A DNA stretch of 52,408 nucleotides, taken from positions 1 to 52,408 of the forward strand of contig CAZNHF010000001.1 of the NCBI GenBank assembly GCA_964572375.1, written 5' to 3'. This stretch comes from an uncultured bacterium (GTDB lineage Bacteria; Joyebacterota; Joyebacteria; Joyebacterales; Joyebacteraceae). Below the pieces are notes generated by a model. That model made no database searches. It saw nothing but the letters and a program-made list of their open reading frames with translations, and was not told the origin of the DNA. A program made the translations under genes and the position numbers. Shown piece after piece: positions 44,001-52,408 of the stretch; the stretch's first letter is position 1, and the number at the start of each line of letters is the position of its first letter.

Positions 44001-45801
44001 CGTGTACCGTGCTGAAGCCCTCACGGGGCCCTACGGCCAGGTCAATGCCGGCGTGGTCGAACTCATCTCCTACTACGAGGACGCGGGGCTCGAGGAGAAC
44101 CAGCGTTATTTCTACAGGGTGGCTGCGATCGACTCCTCGGCGAACGAGGGAGATCACTCGACGGCGCTCGAGATCAGCACGAACCCGCCGTCGCAGAGTG
44201 GGTGGCCCCTCATGGGCGGCGAACTCATCTACAACACGCCCGTCATCTGGGACATCGACCTCGATGGTGACCTTGAACTTCTCGTGGGGTCGGGCCACAT
44301 CCACTGCTGGCACGACGACGGCGTCGAGTACCGCGACGGTGACGGCGACCCGCGTACGAGCGGCGTGTATGAGGTCGACGGCGTGGGCGGATACCGCGCG
44401 TCGATCGCGGTCGGCGAGCTCGACGGTGACGCCTACCCCGAGATCGTTGCGGCGGCCTGGGGCAATGTCGGCAGCGGCACGGATGAGTATGAGATCTACG
44501 CCTGGAATGCGGAGGACGCGAGCGTTCTCCCCGGCTGGCCGGTGACAACGAGCAAGTTCTGCTGGGCGACACCCGCGCTCGGCGATCTCGACCACGACGG
44601 CCTCGACGAGATCGTCATCCCCTGCGCGAACGGAAATCTCTACGTATGGAAGGGCGACGGGACGGAGCTCATCGACGGCGATGCTAATCCGCTCACCGAC
44701 GGCGTGTTCACGTATCTCGGGGATTCGTGGGCCTACGCCTCGGCGTGCCTGGCCGATCTCGACGATGATCACGAGCTCGAGATCATCGTCCCGTCTCGCT
44801 CAGACAGCATCTATGTGTTCAATCCTGACGGCACGCGTGTTCCGGGGTGGCCGGTCGGTCTCAGGGACAACGTTCTGAGCTCGCCATGCGTCGCGGATCT
44901 GGACGGGGACGGCGATCTTGAGGTCATCGCGACCTCCGCGATCGACTCGCTCTGGGTGTTCGACCACAATGGACTGAAGACGACCGGTTGGCCGAAGTTC
45001 GTGGATATGGGAGGAGACTTCCCGCCGTCGCCCACCGTGGCAGACATCACGGGCAATGGGCAGATGGAGATCATCCAGGTCGACATCAACGGCCAGATCA
45101 GTGTCTACACGTGGTACGGGACGCTGATCTCGGGCTGGCCGCAGTTCATGGACAGCGGATGCCATTCGAGTCCGGCGGTCGGCAACATCGACCGCGACTC
45201 GGGCTGGGAGATCGTGATCGGCTCGAACAACGGCAAGGTCTATGCGTTCGATTCGGACGGCGATGTCCTCCCGGGGTGGCCGATCCAGACCGATGCGGAG
45301 GTCTACTGCACACCGACGCTCACCGATTTCGATCAGGACGGGGACATCGAGGTGGTCGTGTCGAGCTTCGACGCGATGGTCTACGTCTGGGACGTCGAGG
45401 GCGAGTATGACGACGGCGACGGAGTCCAGTGGGAGACGTTCCGCTGCAATTTCCACCGCAACGGGCTCGTGGGCTACGAGGAGCCGGTCGGGGTCGCCGA
45501 GGACGCGCCGGTCAACGTGACCCTCGCGACGCTCGAACAGAACTTCCCCAACCCGTTCAACCCGACCACGACGATCGCGTTCTCGGTCCGCTCTGCCGGG
45601 GCGAGGATCGAACTCGGCGTGTACAACATTGCAGGTGAGCTGGTCCGCACACTGACCGACGGCGACGTCCCTGGTGGACAGCACACGATCATCTGGAACG
45701 GGCGCGACGACGGCGGCCGCCAGGTCTCCTCCGGTGTCTACTTCGTGAGACTCGAGTGTGACGGTCAGGCTGAGACACGGAAGATCGCGCTTCTGAAGTA
45801 G
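41080..45801 (+). CDS. Giant gingipain-like C25 peptidase fused to Ig-like/FN3 modules, an FG-GAP/VCBS beta-propeller and a FlgD/Por-secretion-tail-like C-terminal domain
   Basis: 1573 aa from ATG 41080 (GAAGGAGGA SD) with a signal peptide. EYVIITNEEYESYFQQIADWKTKKG, candidate His in SHVGHGNKD and Cys in FWMLNCTSTA. Eight D-x-D-x-D-G-type repeats. C-terminus LEQNFPNPFNPTTTI...GVYFVRLECDGQAETRKIALLK. Confidence 0.9.
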   Translation: MTLRSALTWLAVGFMTIAAVAAVAADPTIDVAVDLSEIEFMAEGRLVTPIIDGYRSLAEEGAPSIPARVVHFVIPADMNVADVIVSYTDEETLPGTYRIAPMQPELPIGEERAPVDASKEIYESDAVYPQERAVYLGDGYLGGYHIVTVALHPLRYHPESGRLVISNGLEARLELAPSADRSAPRYRMTADAAETYRRVVSGMVENPEDIAACAKQGVDVVSGNSPGGFVPRYSPSLEGSLVEYVIITNEEYESYFQQIADWKTKKGIPAVVRTVSWINANYSGGADTAERIRLFIRDAFASWGTTYVLLGGDTGVIPPRYAVSAYYGGWEISTDLYYSDLDGNWNGDGDSVFGEGYSGPSAVGDSLDLYPDVFVGRAPVATIIEAETFVNKTFEYITSPNPVFAERNLYLAEVLFPYDWEDGMLISTDGAEDVVEPVLSLVPPNIHNALLYQNYDPFPQSWPLNRVAAIDSMDLGYNIVSHVGHGNKDIMRCSRLNYVTLQDVDALVNGQTKAGYFWMLNCTSTAIEYDCIAEHLMNNPNGGASSLFGPTRFCFPTTAKDYYYSWFDYLYVQGTQRAGVVSAACKTPYVAESGYDNTDRWTQMSHTYLGDPEMRLWTARPKNLTVVHASTKPLGDVSLSVSVSNPAAVDSALVCVMKGTEVYARGYTNASGQLVLSFTPETTGQMTITVTAANHLPYEDTIAITSTAGAHVSFGSVTIDDDALGLSDGNANGVAEAGETIQLSMLVRNAGQSAATGVTATLVSVDPLLSLVDDTEYLGDLNATSQAQFDSIFAVQLSNDCVDEYETVLEVQFEDTVTRTTWTDDYTLRVLRPLPRMQFTESTDDGNGDGIPHPGETVTFTVQLLNEGNGDADVLTGVLRYPNAEVTLVDSTETWGDISAGAAADGTDGFQFSVVSTATQHLRLALADEDGKEWTILFDLVPPDQPLNLDGNVRSTTIFLTWDPVAQEDLWGYNVYRAEALTGPYGQVNAGVVELISYYEDAGLEENQRYFYRVAAIDSSANEGDHSTALEISTNPPSQSGWPLMGGELIYNTPVIWDIDLDGDLELLVGSGHIHCWHDDGVEYRDGDGDPRTSGVYEVDGVGGYRASIAVGELDGDAYPEIVAAAWGNVGSGTDEYEIYAWNAEDASVLPGWPVTTSKFCWATPALGDLDHDGLDEIVIPCANGNLYVWKGDGTELIDGDANPLTDGVFTYLGDSWAYASACLADLDDDHELEIIVPSRSDSIYVFNPDGTRVPGWPVGLRDNVLSSPCVADLDGDGDLEVIATSAIDSLWVFDHNGLKTTGWPKFVDMGGDFPPSPTVADITGNGQMEIIQVDINGQISVYTWYGTLISGWPQFMDSGCHSSPAVGNIDRDSGWEIVIGSNNGKVYAFDSDGDVLPGWPIQTDAEVYCTPTLTDFDQDGDIEVVVSSFDAMVYVWDVEGEYDDGDGVQWETFRCNFHRNGLVGYEEPVGVAEDAPVNVTLATLEQNFPNPFNPTTTIAFSVRSAGARIELGVYNIAGELVRTLTDGDVPGGQHTIIWNGRDDGGRQVSSGVYFVRLECDGQAETRKIALLK
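44200..45400 (+). repeat. Eight FG-GAP/VCBS-like protein repeats (predicted 7-8-bladed propeller) inside C25 peptidase 2
   Basis: Recurrent blades: DIDLDGDLELLVGS, GELDGDAYPEIVAA, GDLDHDGLDEIVIP, ADLDDDHELEIIVP, ADLDGDGDLEVIAT, ADITGNGQMEIIQV, GNIDRDSGWEIVIG, TDFDQDGDIEVVVS. Each is followed by x-(V/I)-Y-(V/A)-(W/F). Coordinates are approximate. Confidence 0.7.
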
Positions 45802-45854
45802 TGAATCCCGGAGTGACTGCTGAGCAGGGCCGGGATTGTATTCGAGAAACAGAA

Positions 45855-45890
45855 CGGGCCGGGCTCTTCGGAGCCCGGCCCGTATTTCGT
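45855..45890. terminator. Bidirectional rho-independent terminator between convergent genes
   Basis: 12-bp GC-rich stem CGGGCCGGGCTC / GAGCCCGGCCCG with a TTCG loop. T-rich tracts lie on both sides (TATTTCGTT on plus, TTCTGTTTCTCG on minus). Confidence 0.75.
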
Positions 45891-45985
45891 TCGTCGTGCG
45901 GTCGTCCGGCGAAGCGAACCTGCCGTCGTAGGGTCGTTCGGCCAGGCGAGCTCGCGGTCGCGCTTCCCCGATCCCCGCGGACCGC

Positions 45986-47983
45986 CTAGTCCTCGAGTTC
46001 GGCCCAGCGAGAGTAGAGTTCCTCGACCCGGTCCTGGAGTTGACGCTGCTCGGTCACGAGAGCCTTCGCCCTTTCTCCATCGGAGTAGACGGTCGGGTCG
46101 ACGAGAATGAGTTCGAGTTCCTCCAACCGCTTCTCGCCCGCCTCGATCTCCTCAAGCGTCTGCTGCCGCTCATCGCGGCGCGACGTTTTAGGACCGGAGC
46201 GCTTCTGACGTTCGCGCGCCTCCTGCCGCTTCTGCTCCTTCGACTTGGGCCCGCTGGCCTTCGTCTTCGCACGTGCTCCCGCCTCTGCCTTCGGCTTCTG
46301 CGCCGCGGCGGCCGTTCTCGCGCTCTTCGAGCGGCCCTGCGCGACCTCGGCGGTCTCCGCCGCCTCGCGCTCCTTCGCCCAGAGGTAGTCGTTGTACGTG
46401 CCGTGGTAGGCACGCAGGCGGCCCCCCCTGACCTCCAGGACCTTCGTCGCGATGGCGTTCATGAAGGCTCGGTCGTGCGAGACGAAACAGATCGTCCCCG
46501 TGTACGTCGAGAGGGCGCCCTCGAGCACCTCCCGCGACGCCACGTCCAGATGGTTCGTCGGCTCGTCGAGAAGTAGCAGATTCGCCGGCCTTAAGAGCAT
46601 CTTCGCGAATCCGAGCCTGCTCTTCTCCCCGCCCGAGAGAACACGAACCTTCTTCTCGATGTCGCTCCCGCGGAAGAGGAAGGCGCCGAGCATCGTGCGG
46701 AGGCGCGGGCGCATCGCGTCGGAAGCGACCGTCTCGAGTTCGCCCAGCACGGTGTTCTCCATGTTCAGATCCTTGGCCGGGTCCTGGGTGAAATACTGGA
46801 TAGACACGTTGTGTCCCAGTTTTCGCTCGCCGGCGAGGACCGGCAGCTTTCCGGCGATTATCTTCATGAGCGTGGACTTGCCGGCCCCGTTGAGACCGAC
46901 GAGAGCAAGCCGCTCGCCACGGAGAATCTCGAAGTCGATACCGTCGAAGATGACGCGAGACCCGTACGCCTGCCGCACGCCGCGCAGCGAGATGGTAACG
47001 GCGCCTCCACGTTCGGGCTGCGGAAAATCGAAGTGGATTCCTTTCTGCTCCGTCGGCACCTCGGTCAGCGTTATCCGCTCCATCATCTTCCGGCGGCTCC
47101 GCACGAGGTTCGCCTTCTTCTTGTCACCCTTCCACTTGTAGACGAACGTCTGCAGATGCGCGATGCGCCTCTCCTCCTGCTTCCGCGTGGCGGCAAGAAC
47201 GTCCCGCTGTTTCCCGCGCTGCTCGAGGAACGTGGTGTAACCGCCCGTGTAGTCGATGATGCCGTTCGGGTTCAGATCGCTGATGCGGGTCACAACGCGG
47301 TCGAGGAATGAACGGTCATGAGACACGAGGACGACCGCTCCCGGGTAGGTCGTGAGATACTCCTCGAGCCAGATGATCGACTCGAGATCGAGATGATTCG
47401 TGGGCTCGTCGAGCAGGAGAACCGTCGGCTGTTCGAGCAACAGCTTCGCGAGCGCGATGCGCATCTGCCAACCACCGCTGAACTCGTTGGTCAAGCGATG
47501 CTGGTCCTCGTTGCTGAAGCCGAGTCCCGCCAGGACTTCGAGAGCGCGCGTCTCGAGCACGAACCCGTCCTCAGCCTCGAAGCGATGCTGCACATCGCTG
47601 TACTCGGCCATCACGCGTTCGCGCTCAGCGACGGACTCGCTCGTCTCGCACAGACCGAGTTCGCTCATCCGATGCTCGAGATCCCGCATCCGGTCTTCCA
47701 TCTCGAGGACGTGCCCGAACACGGAGAGAACCTCATCGAGGAGTGTCCTTCCGGACATCGTCAGCGCTTCCTGCGGCAGATAGCCGAAGGTCGTGCCCTT
47801 CGAGGCGGTGACGCGTCCGTCGTCCAGACCGATCTCGTTCCTGATGAGCCTCAGGAGCGTGGTCTTGCCCGACCCGTTCGGTCCGACCAGACCCACGCGG
47901 TCACGGTCGCCGACGCGCCAGTCCAGCCCCTTGAAGAGCGGAAGGCCGCCAAATGAGATACTGACGTTCTCAAGAAGAACCAT
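45986..47983 (-). CDS. ABC-F family ATPase (two ABC domains, charged coiled-coil C-terminal tail)
   Basis: 665 aa from ATG 47983. Two Walker A motifs (GPNGSGKTT, GLNGAGKST), two LSGG signatures, no TM segments, and a K/E/R-rich tail. Confidence 0.9.
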   Translation of the reverse strand: MVLLENVSISFGGLPLFKGLDWRVGDRDRVGLVGPNGSGKTTLLRLIRNEIGLDDGRVTASKGTTFGYLPQEALTMSGRTLLDEVLSVFGHVLEMEDRMRDLEHRMSELGLCETSESVAERERVMAEYSDVQHRFEAEDGFVLETRALEVLAGLGFSNEDQHRLTNEFSGGWQMRIALAKLLLEQPTVLLLDEPTNHLDLESIIWLEEYLTTYPGAVVLVSHDRSFLDRVVTRISDLNPNGIIDYTGGYTTFLEQRGKQRDVLAATRKQEERRIAHLQTFVYKWKGDKKKANLVRSRRKMMERITLTEVPTEQKGIHFDFPQPERGGAVTISLRGVRQAYGSRVIFDGIDFEILRGERLALVGLNGAGKSTLMKIIAGKLPVLAGERKLGHNVSIQYFTQDPAKDLNMENTVLGELETVASDAMRPRLRTMLGAFLFRGSDIEKKVRVLSGGEKSRLGFAKMLLRPANLLLLDEPTNHLDVASREVLEGALSTYTGTICFVSHDRAFMNAIATKVLEVRGGRLRAYHGTYNDYLWAKEREAAETAEVAQGRSKSARTAAAAQKPKAEAGARAKTKASGPKSKEQKRQEARERQKRSGPKTSRRDERQQTLEEIEAGEKRLEELELILVDPTVYSDGERAKALVTEQRQLQDRVEELYSRWAELED

Positions 47984-48319
47984 TGGAGACAACTCCGGAT
48001 AAGACAGCCTGTCCGGCACTGACCCCGTGCCGGACCTCCTATCAGTATACCTGCAGGACCGCGATCGGCCAACCTCCACGCCGGGAAACGGCCAAACACC
48101 GGCCGGTGTGGCGGAACGTCGCCCGCCCGGGCCCGGATGGGGCGTTTCACCCGCCCGCTTCGACGACTCACGGATTCCGGGACGCGTCCCGGGCGGCATC
48201 GATGGTTAAATGAAACCGTGGTTACCTTGTGTGTGTCAAAGTACACGAGTTCTCAAGAGCGCCCGCAGCGCGGGCATCAGACGCGGCGCCATGCTGCGGA
48301 CGTTTCCTTGGAGGATGCC

Positions 48320-49516
48320 ATGAAGAAGCGGATACTGTGGATTGCGGGAGCGGCGGTCATAGTCATCGTCGTCCTGGTCGTCGTCCTCGGCGGACGGAAC
48401 GGCGGGCAGGTCTCGGCCGAGACCGGAGCCGAGGCGGGAGGCGCCGTCCGCGGGGCGACCGCTGCCGCGGAGATCGGTGACGTCTCCGTCATCCTGACTG
48501 AGATCGGCGAGATCCAGCCCGAGTCGATGGTGCTGGTGAAATCCAAGATCAGCGGCAAGGTCATGAGGCTTCACGTCGAAGAGGGGCAGTACATCACGCG
48601 CGGCACTTTGGTCGCAACCATCGAACCCGACATGGCTCAGGCGCGAACCGTGGCTACGCTCAAGAGCAGTTACGGGAGGGCGCGCGTCAACCTCGAGAGG
48701 GCGCGTCAGGACTACGAGCGCGACCTCTCGCTTCACGAGGCCGGACACGTATCCGACGAAGAGCTCCGGCTCTCGAAGGACGACCACGACATAGCCCGCG
48801 TCGACTACCAGTCGGCGCTCGAGCAGATGCGGCTCGCCGAGGAGGACGGCGTCTCGATGGACCTCGACGCCGAGTCCGAAGATATCCTCGACGTCCTCGC
48901 TCCCGCCACGGGCACCATCATCGACATCAGTATTGAGGAAGGCGAGATCGTCACATCGGGAGCGGTGTCATACACGAACGGCACGACGCTCATGATCATC
49001 GCCGACCTGTCAGTCATGCAGATCGCGGCCGGAGTCAACGAGGTTGACGTCGGCAAGATCAGAAACGGTCAGGACGTCGTCATCGACGTTGACGCCTATC
49101 CGGCGACGGCCTTCCACGGCGTCATCAGCCACATCTCCCCCGCCGCCCGAAGCGAGCAGGGTGTGAAGATCTTCGACGTGGAGATCACCATCACCGACAA
49201 CGATCCCAGGCTCAAGCCCGGCATGACCGCCAACATCGAGATCCAGGGTGACCATGCGGAGGGCTGTGTGACGATCCCGATCGAGGGAGCATTCCGGAAG
49301 AACGGCGGCTACGTCGCGTACGTGTTCGACGGAAGCGAGAACGAGCCGGTCGAGCGTGAGATCGTGGTCGGCATCAGCAACATCTCGACGACACAGATCG
49401 TCTCCGGTATCGAGGAAGGCGACGAGGTCGCTCTCTACGATCCGCGACTCGCCGAGACGGAGATGTCCGACGATGACCTCAGACGCCAGAGGATGGCGGC
49501 GCACGCCGGGAGGTAG
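48320..49516 (+). CDS. Efflux periplasmic adaptor (HlyD/MacA-like membrane fusion protein)
   Basis: 398 aa from ATG 48320 (GGAGGA SD). N-terminal TM, a coiled-coil hairpin region and beta-barrel motifs (VVIDVDAYPATAFHGVISHISP). Confidence 0.85.
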   Translation: MKKRILWIAGAAVIVIVVLVVVLGGRNGGQVSAETGAEAGGAVRGATAAAEIGDVSVILTEIGEIQPESMVLVKSKISGKVMRLHVEEGQYITRGTLVATIEPDMAQARTVATLKSSYGRARVNLERARQDYERDLSLHEAGHVSDEELRLSKDDHDIARVDYQSALEQMRLAEEDGVSMDLDAESEDILDVLAPATGTIIDISIEEGEIVTSGAVSYTNGTTLMIIADLSVMQIAAGVNEVDVGKIRNGQDVVIDVDAYPATAFHGVISHISPAARSEQGVKIFDVEITITDNDPRLKPGMTANIEIQGDHAEGCVTIPIEGAFRKNGGYVAYVFDGSENEPVEREIVVGISNISTTQIVSGIEEGDEVALYDPRLAETEMSDDDLRRQRMAAHAGR

Positions 49517-49519
49517 AGC

Positions 49520-50200
49520 ATGTTGATCGCCGTCAGCCAGTTGACGCGGAGCTACGACCTCGGCGCAACGAAGGTCCACGCCCTCCGGGGAGTCGACCTC
49601 GCGGTCGAGGAAGGCGAATACATCGCCATCATGGGGCCGTCGGGCTCAGGCAAGTCCACGCTCATGCACATCCTCGGCTGTCTCGACACACCGTCGACCG
49701 GCCGCTACGTTCTCAGTGGCGAAGAGGTGAGCAAACTCACGGGACGCGATCTGGCCCGCGTGAGGAATCGCCGCATCGGGTTCGTGTTCCAGAATTTCAA
49801 TCTCCTCCCACGCATCGACCTCGTCGCGAACGTCGCGCTGCCGCTGGTCTATCACGGCTCGATGTCCAAAGCGGAGCGGATCAGGAAAGCAAGCGAACAG
49901 CTCGATAGCCTGGGGCTCGGCCACAGACTCAAACACAAGCCCAACGAGCTCTCCGGCGGCGAGCGCCAGCGCGCCGCGATCGCGAGAGCGCTCATCAACA
50001 GGCCGGACATTCTGCTCGCCGACGAACCGACCGGCAACCTCGACTCACAGACAGGACGCGAGATCATGGACATCCTCGACGGCCTGTCCGCCGAGGGGAA
50101 GACGGTCTGTCTCGTCACGCACGATGCGAACGTCGCGGCTCACGCGAGGCGCACGGTTCATATGCAGGACGGCGCGATCGCCAGAGAGGACTTCTCTTGA
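49520..50200 (+). CDS. ABC transporter ATP-binding protein, MacB/LolD-type
   Basis: 226 aa. GPSGSGKST, LSGGERQRAAIARAL and ILLADEPTGNLD. Confidence 0.92.
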   Translation: MLIAVSQLTRSYDLGATKVHALRGVDLAVEEGEYIAIMGPSGSGKSTLMHILGCLDTPSTGRYVLSGEEVSKLTGRDLARVRNRRIGFVFQNFNLLPRIDLVANVALPLVYHGSMSKAERIRKASEQLDSLGLGHRLKHKPNELSGGERQRAAIARALINRPDILLADEPTGNLDSQTGREIMDILDGLSAEGKTVCLVTHDANVAAHARRTVHMQDGAIAREDFS

Positions 50201-51426
50201 ACCTGGTCGAGAGCGTAGGCGCCGGTCTCCGCGATATGGGCGCGAACAAGGGCCGCGCCGTCATCACGATGATCGGCATCGTGCTCGGCGTCGCGTCGGT
50301 TGTCGCCGTGCTCTCGCTCATGCAGGGCGGCCAGGCACAAACCGAGGCGTACTTCGAGGAACTCGGCGGTCTCAGGGAAGTCCGCATCACGAACCAGCGG
50401 ACGAACCGCGTATTCATGACCGCGGCGGAGAGGGCGTCCGAACGCCTCACCTACCGGGACGCGCAGGCTATCCGATTCGAATGCCCTTCCGTGAGCTACG
50501 TCGACCCCGAGATATCGCGCTACTTCACGGTGAGTCACGGAGCCACATCGTTCCAGATGCGCGTACTCGGCACGACCGCGGACTATGTCTTCGCCGACGA
50601 CATGCCGGTCGCCGAGGGACGATTCATCACGGACCGCGACCTCGACACGTATGCGAACGTCATCATGATGGGACCGACGTACAAGGAGGATCTCTTTGGC
50701 GATGGAGACGCCATCGGCGAGACGGTCCTCGTTGAGGGCATCCCCTTCACGGTAGTCGGCATCATGGAGAAGAAGGAGTTCTACTTCCGTGGCGGGGGCG
50801 GCGAGCGGAATGTGCTCGAGTGGTTCAACCGCGGGCACTACATCCCCATCACGACGATGATAAAGCGCTTCACCGTGAGCGACGAGCTCGGCGGACTCGA
50901 GATCTCCGCAAAGACGGTCGAACTCGTCCCGACGCTTATGGATGAAACGAGAACCGTTCTGACACGCCGGCACGGCGTGGAGGACTTTGACCTCGAATCG
51001 AAATCCGAGCAGGTCCAGCAGCAGGCGGAGCAGGAGGCGTTTTTCAACATCATCTTCTGGGTGGTCGCCTTCATCTCCCTGTTCGTGGGCGGCGTTGTTA
51101 TCGCCAACATCATGCTCTCGTCGATCACCGAACGGATCCGCGAGATCGGCGTCAGAAAGGCGATCGGCGCGAGCTCACGAGACGTCTTCATCGAGTTTCT
51201 CGTCGAGGCGCTCGTCATCACGTCCGTCGGGGGCGCGATCGGGCTCGCGGTCGGCTACGGCCTTGTGAAGGTCATGGAGAATGCGCTCATCATGCCGATG
51301 GCGTTCTCGCCACCGATCCTCATCATCGCGTTCATGACATCGGTGGCCGTCGGTATCGTGTTCGGCATGTTCCCGGCGCTCCGCGCCGCGCGGCTCGACC
51401 CCGTCGAGGCGCTCAGATACGAATAG
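50197..51426 (+). CDS. ABC transporter permease, FtsX/MacB-type with a periplasmic core domain
   Basis: 409 aa. Its start overlaps the ATPase stop. N-terminal TM, large periplasmic domain, then ITERIREIGVRKAIGAS and three C-terminal TMs. Confidence 0.9.
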   Translation: MNLVESVGAGLRDMGANKGRAVITMIGIVLGVASVVAVLSLMQGGQAQTEAYFEELGGLREVRITNQRTNRVFMTAAERASERLTYRDAQAIRFECPSVSYVDPEISRYFTVSHGATSFQMRVLGTTADYVFADDMPVAEGRFITDRDLDTYANVIMMGPTYKEDLFGDGDAIGETVLVEGIPFTVVGIMEKKEFYFRGGGGERNVLEWFNRGHYIPITTMIKRFTVSDELGGLEISAKTVELVPTLMDETRTVLTRRHGVEDFDLESKSEQVQQQAEQEAFFNIIFWVVAFISLFVGGVVIANIMLSSITERIREIGVRKAIGASSRDVFIEFLVEALVITSVGGAIGLAVGYGLVKVMENALIMPMAFSPPILIIAFMTSVAVGIVFGMFPALRAARLDPVEALRYE

Positions 51427-51439
51427 CACGGAGGCATCA

Positions 51440-52408
51440 GTGAACTTCCTCGAGAGCGTGGCAAGCGGACTGGCTTCTATCTGGTCGAACAAGATGCGGT
51501 CGGCCCTCACCCTCGTCGGCATCGTCGTCGGTGTCGCCGCCGTGATCTCGATGTTCTCGTTCGTCGGGGGCATCGTGACGCGGATCAAAGAGGATTTCGA
51601 GAAGCTCGGGTTCGACAACACGTTCTTCGTGAGCAATACGCACGTGCTGAACCCGGAAGGCCGCGCAAGTCTCAAGGCGTCGAAGGGACTGATGCTCCAC
51701 GAGATGGACATTCTTGAGGCCGAGGTCCCCGAGATTCGCGGCATCACACCGGTCGTCGCCTACTACGGAGTGGTCCGGGGCGGAAGCGAGGCGATTCGCG
51801 GCGAGGTCTTCGGCATCACCCCTGACGGGTTCATCCTCTTTGAACTCAACCTCGGTGAGGGGCGCTACGTCAGCGACATGGACATCGCGAACCATGCGCG
51901 CGTCTGCGTGCTGGGCGAACTCATCAAGCAGGATCTCTTCGGTGAGGCCAGCGCCGTCGGCCGGCACGTGCTCATCGGGAACATCCGCTTCGAGGTCGTC
52001 GGTGTGCTCGCGATGAAGGAGTTCAGCCAGATGTTCGGCAACTCCGGTCAGGAAGAAGAGCACCGCCGCATATACACGCCTACGACGACCATGACGCACT
52101 ACATCGCCGGGACCAAGCAGATAGACACGTTCGCCGTGAAGCTCTACAAGGGCTCCGACATCACGGCGGCATACGACCAGATCCACGCCACGCTGCTGCG
52201 AGAGCACCGCGGCATCGAGGACTTCCAGATAGAGAACATCGCCGAACAGCTCGCGCAGGCCGAGCAGCAGATGGACGAGATGTCGGCGCAGTGGACCATG
52301 ATCCTCGGAAGCATCGCGACGGTATCGCTTCTGGTCGGCGGGATCGGACTCCTGTCGGTCCTCATCATCTCGGTCATCGAGAGACTCCGCGAGATCGGTA
52401 TCAGGAAA
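51440..52408 (+). CDS. Second FtsX/MacB-type ABC permease, 3' end truncated by the window edge
   Basis: GTG 51440 (GGAGG SD). Open frame to the last base, so it is absent from the ORF track because no stop is present. The N-terminus NFLESVASGLASIWSNKMRSALTLVGIVVGVAAV parallels the previous permease, and the visible sequence ends in IERLREIGIRK. Confidence 0.8.
   Translation, partial: MNFLESVASGLASIWSNKMRSALTLVGIVVGVAAVISMFSFVGGIVTRIKEDFEKLGFDNTFFVSNTHVLNPEGRASLKASKGLMLHEMDILEAEVPEIRGITPVVAYYGVVRGGSEAIRGEVFGITPDGFILFELNLGEGRYVSDMDIANHARVCVLGELIKQDLFGEASAVGRHVLIGNIRFEVVGVLAMKEFSQMFGNSGQEEEHRRIYTPTTTMTHYIAGTKQIDTFAVKLYKGSDITAAYDQIHATLLREHRGIEDFQIENIAEQLAQAEQQMDEMSAQWTMILGSIATVSLLVGGIGLLSVLIISVIERLREIGIRK

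Noticed and set aside
43603-45684. 389-aa and 294-aa minus-strand ORFs inside C25 peptidase 2
   Set aside because: Both are shadow ORFs opposite a gene with clear domain motifs and repeat periodicity.
1-52408. Mobile elements, prophage or defence-system genes, rRNA operons
   Set aside because: I recognised no integrase, transposase, terminal inverted repeats, phage structural genes or known defence-protein motifs (nuclease/helicase/TIR/STAND-type) in any frame. The region reads as chromosomal housekeeping and envelope genes.

Overview
GC-rich segment (third codon positions are mostly G/C; I did not compute the value). It looks like chromosomal DNA of an uncultured diderm bacterium. The FlgD/Por-tail-like C-terminal domains suggest an FCB-group-like lineage such as Eisenbacteria, Gemmatimonadota or Latescibacterota, but that is inference only. 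I support about 40 protein genes, with one truncated at each edge. I found no rRNA, tRNA, CRISPR array, transposase or integrase.

Layout:
(1) 0.4-7.6 kb: a beta-CASP MBL hydrolase and a thiamine module. The module is a TPP riboswitch with terminator, then thi4, a thiE::Zn-ribbon::Nudix fusion and a 7-TM protein. Convergent to it is thiD, translationally coupled to two radical-SAM genes.
(2) 7.9-11.3 kb: four translationally coupled flavoprotein/Fe-S dehydrogenase genes.
(3) 11.4-33.9 kb: an almost unbroken minus-strand run. It holds a DUF3160-like protein, an XRE-cupin regulator and a putative (glyco)lipid operon. That operon is a PhaR-N-domain mini-regulator, an MFS::LpxL/PatA-type acyltransferase fusion, a 20-bp tandem repeat and a PimA-like GT4. 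Next come OPT, TPR, EamA, DUF401-like and nitroreductase genes. The run ends with an envelope-signalling cluster (ECF sigma, zf-HC2 anti-sigma, beta-propeller protein, SpoIVB-type S55 peptidase, TonB-C protein), glgC and a CsgG-family protein.
(4) 34.2-45.8 kb: a plus-strand block of four secreted proteins. Two are paralogues ending in the same SWGxIKAxYR tail. Two are giant gingipain-like C25 peptidases with FlgD/Por-tail-like C-termini, and one of these is fused to an FG-GAP propeller.
(5) 46-52.4 kb: an ABC-F ATPase and a MacAB-type efflux operon.

The best candidates for something undescribed are the CsgG/paralogue/C25 surface-protein island, the S55-peptidase/anti-sigma cluster, the MFS::acyltransferase operon with its tandem repeat, and the thiD-radical-SAM coupling. 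All functional calls rest on motifs I recognised by eye; no database search was run.
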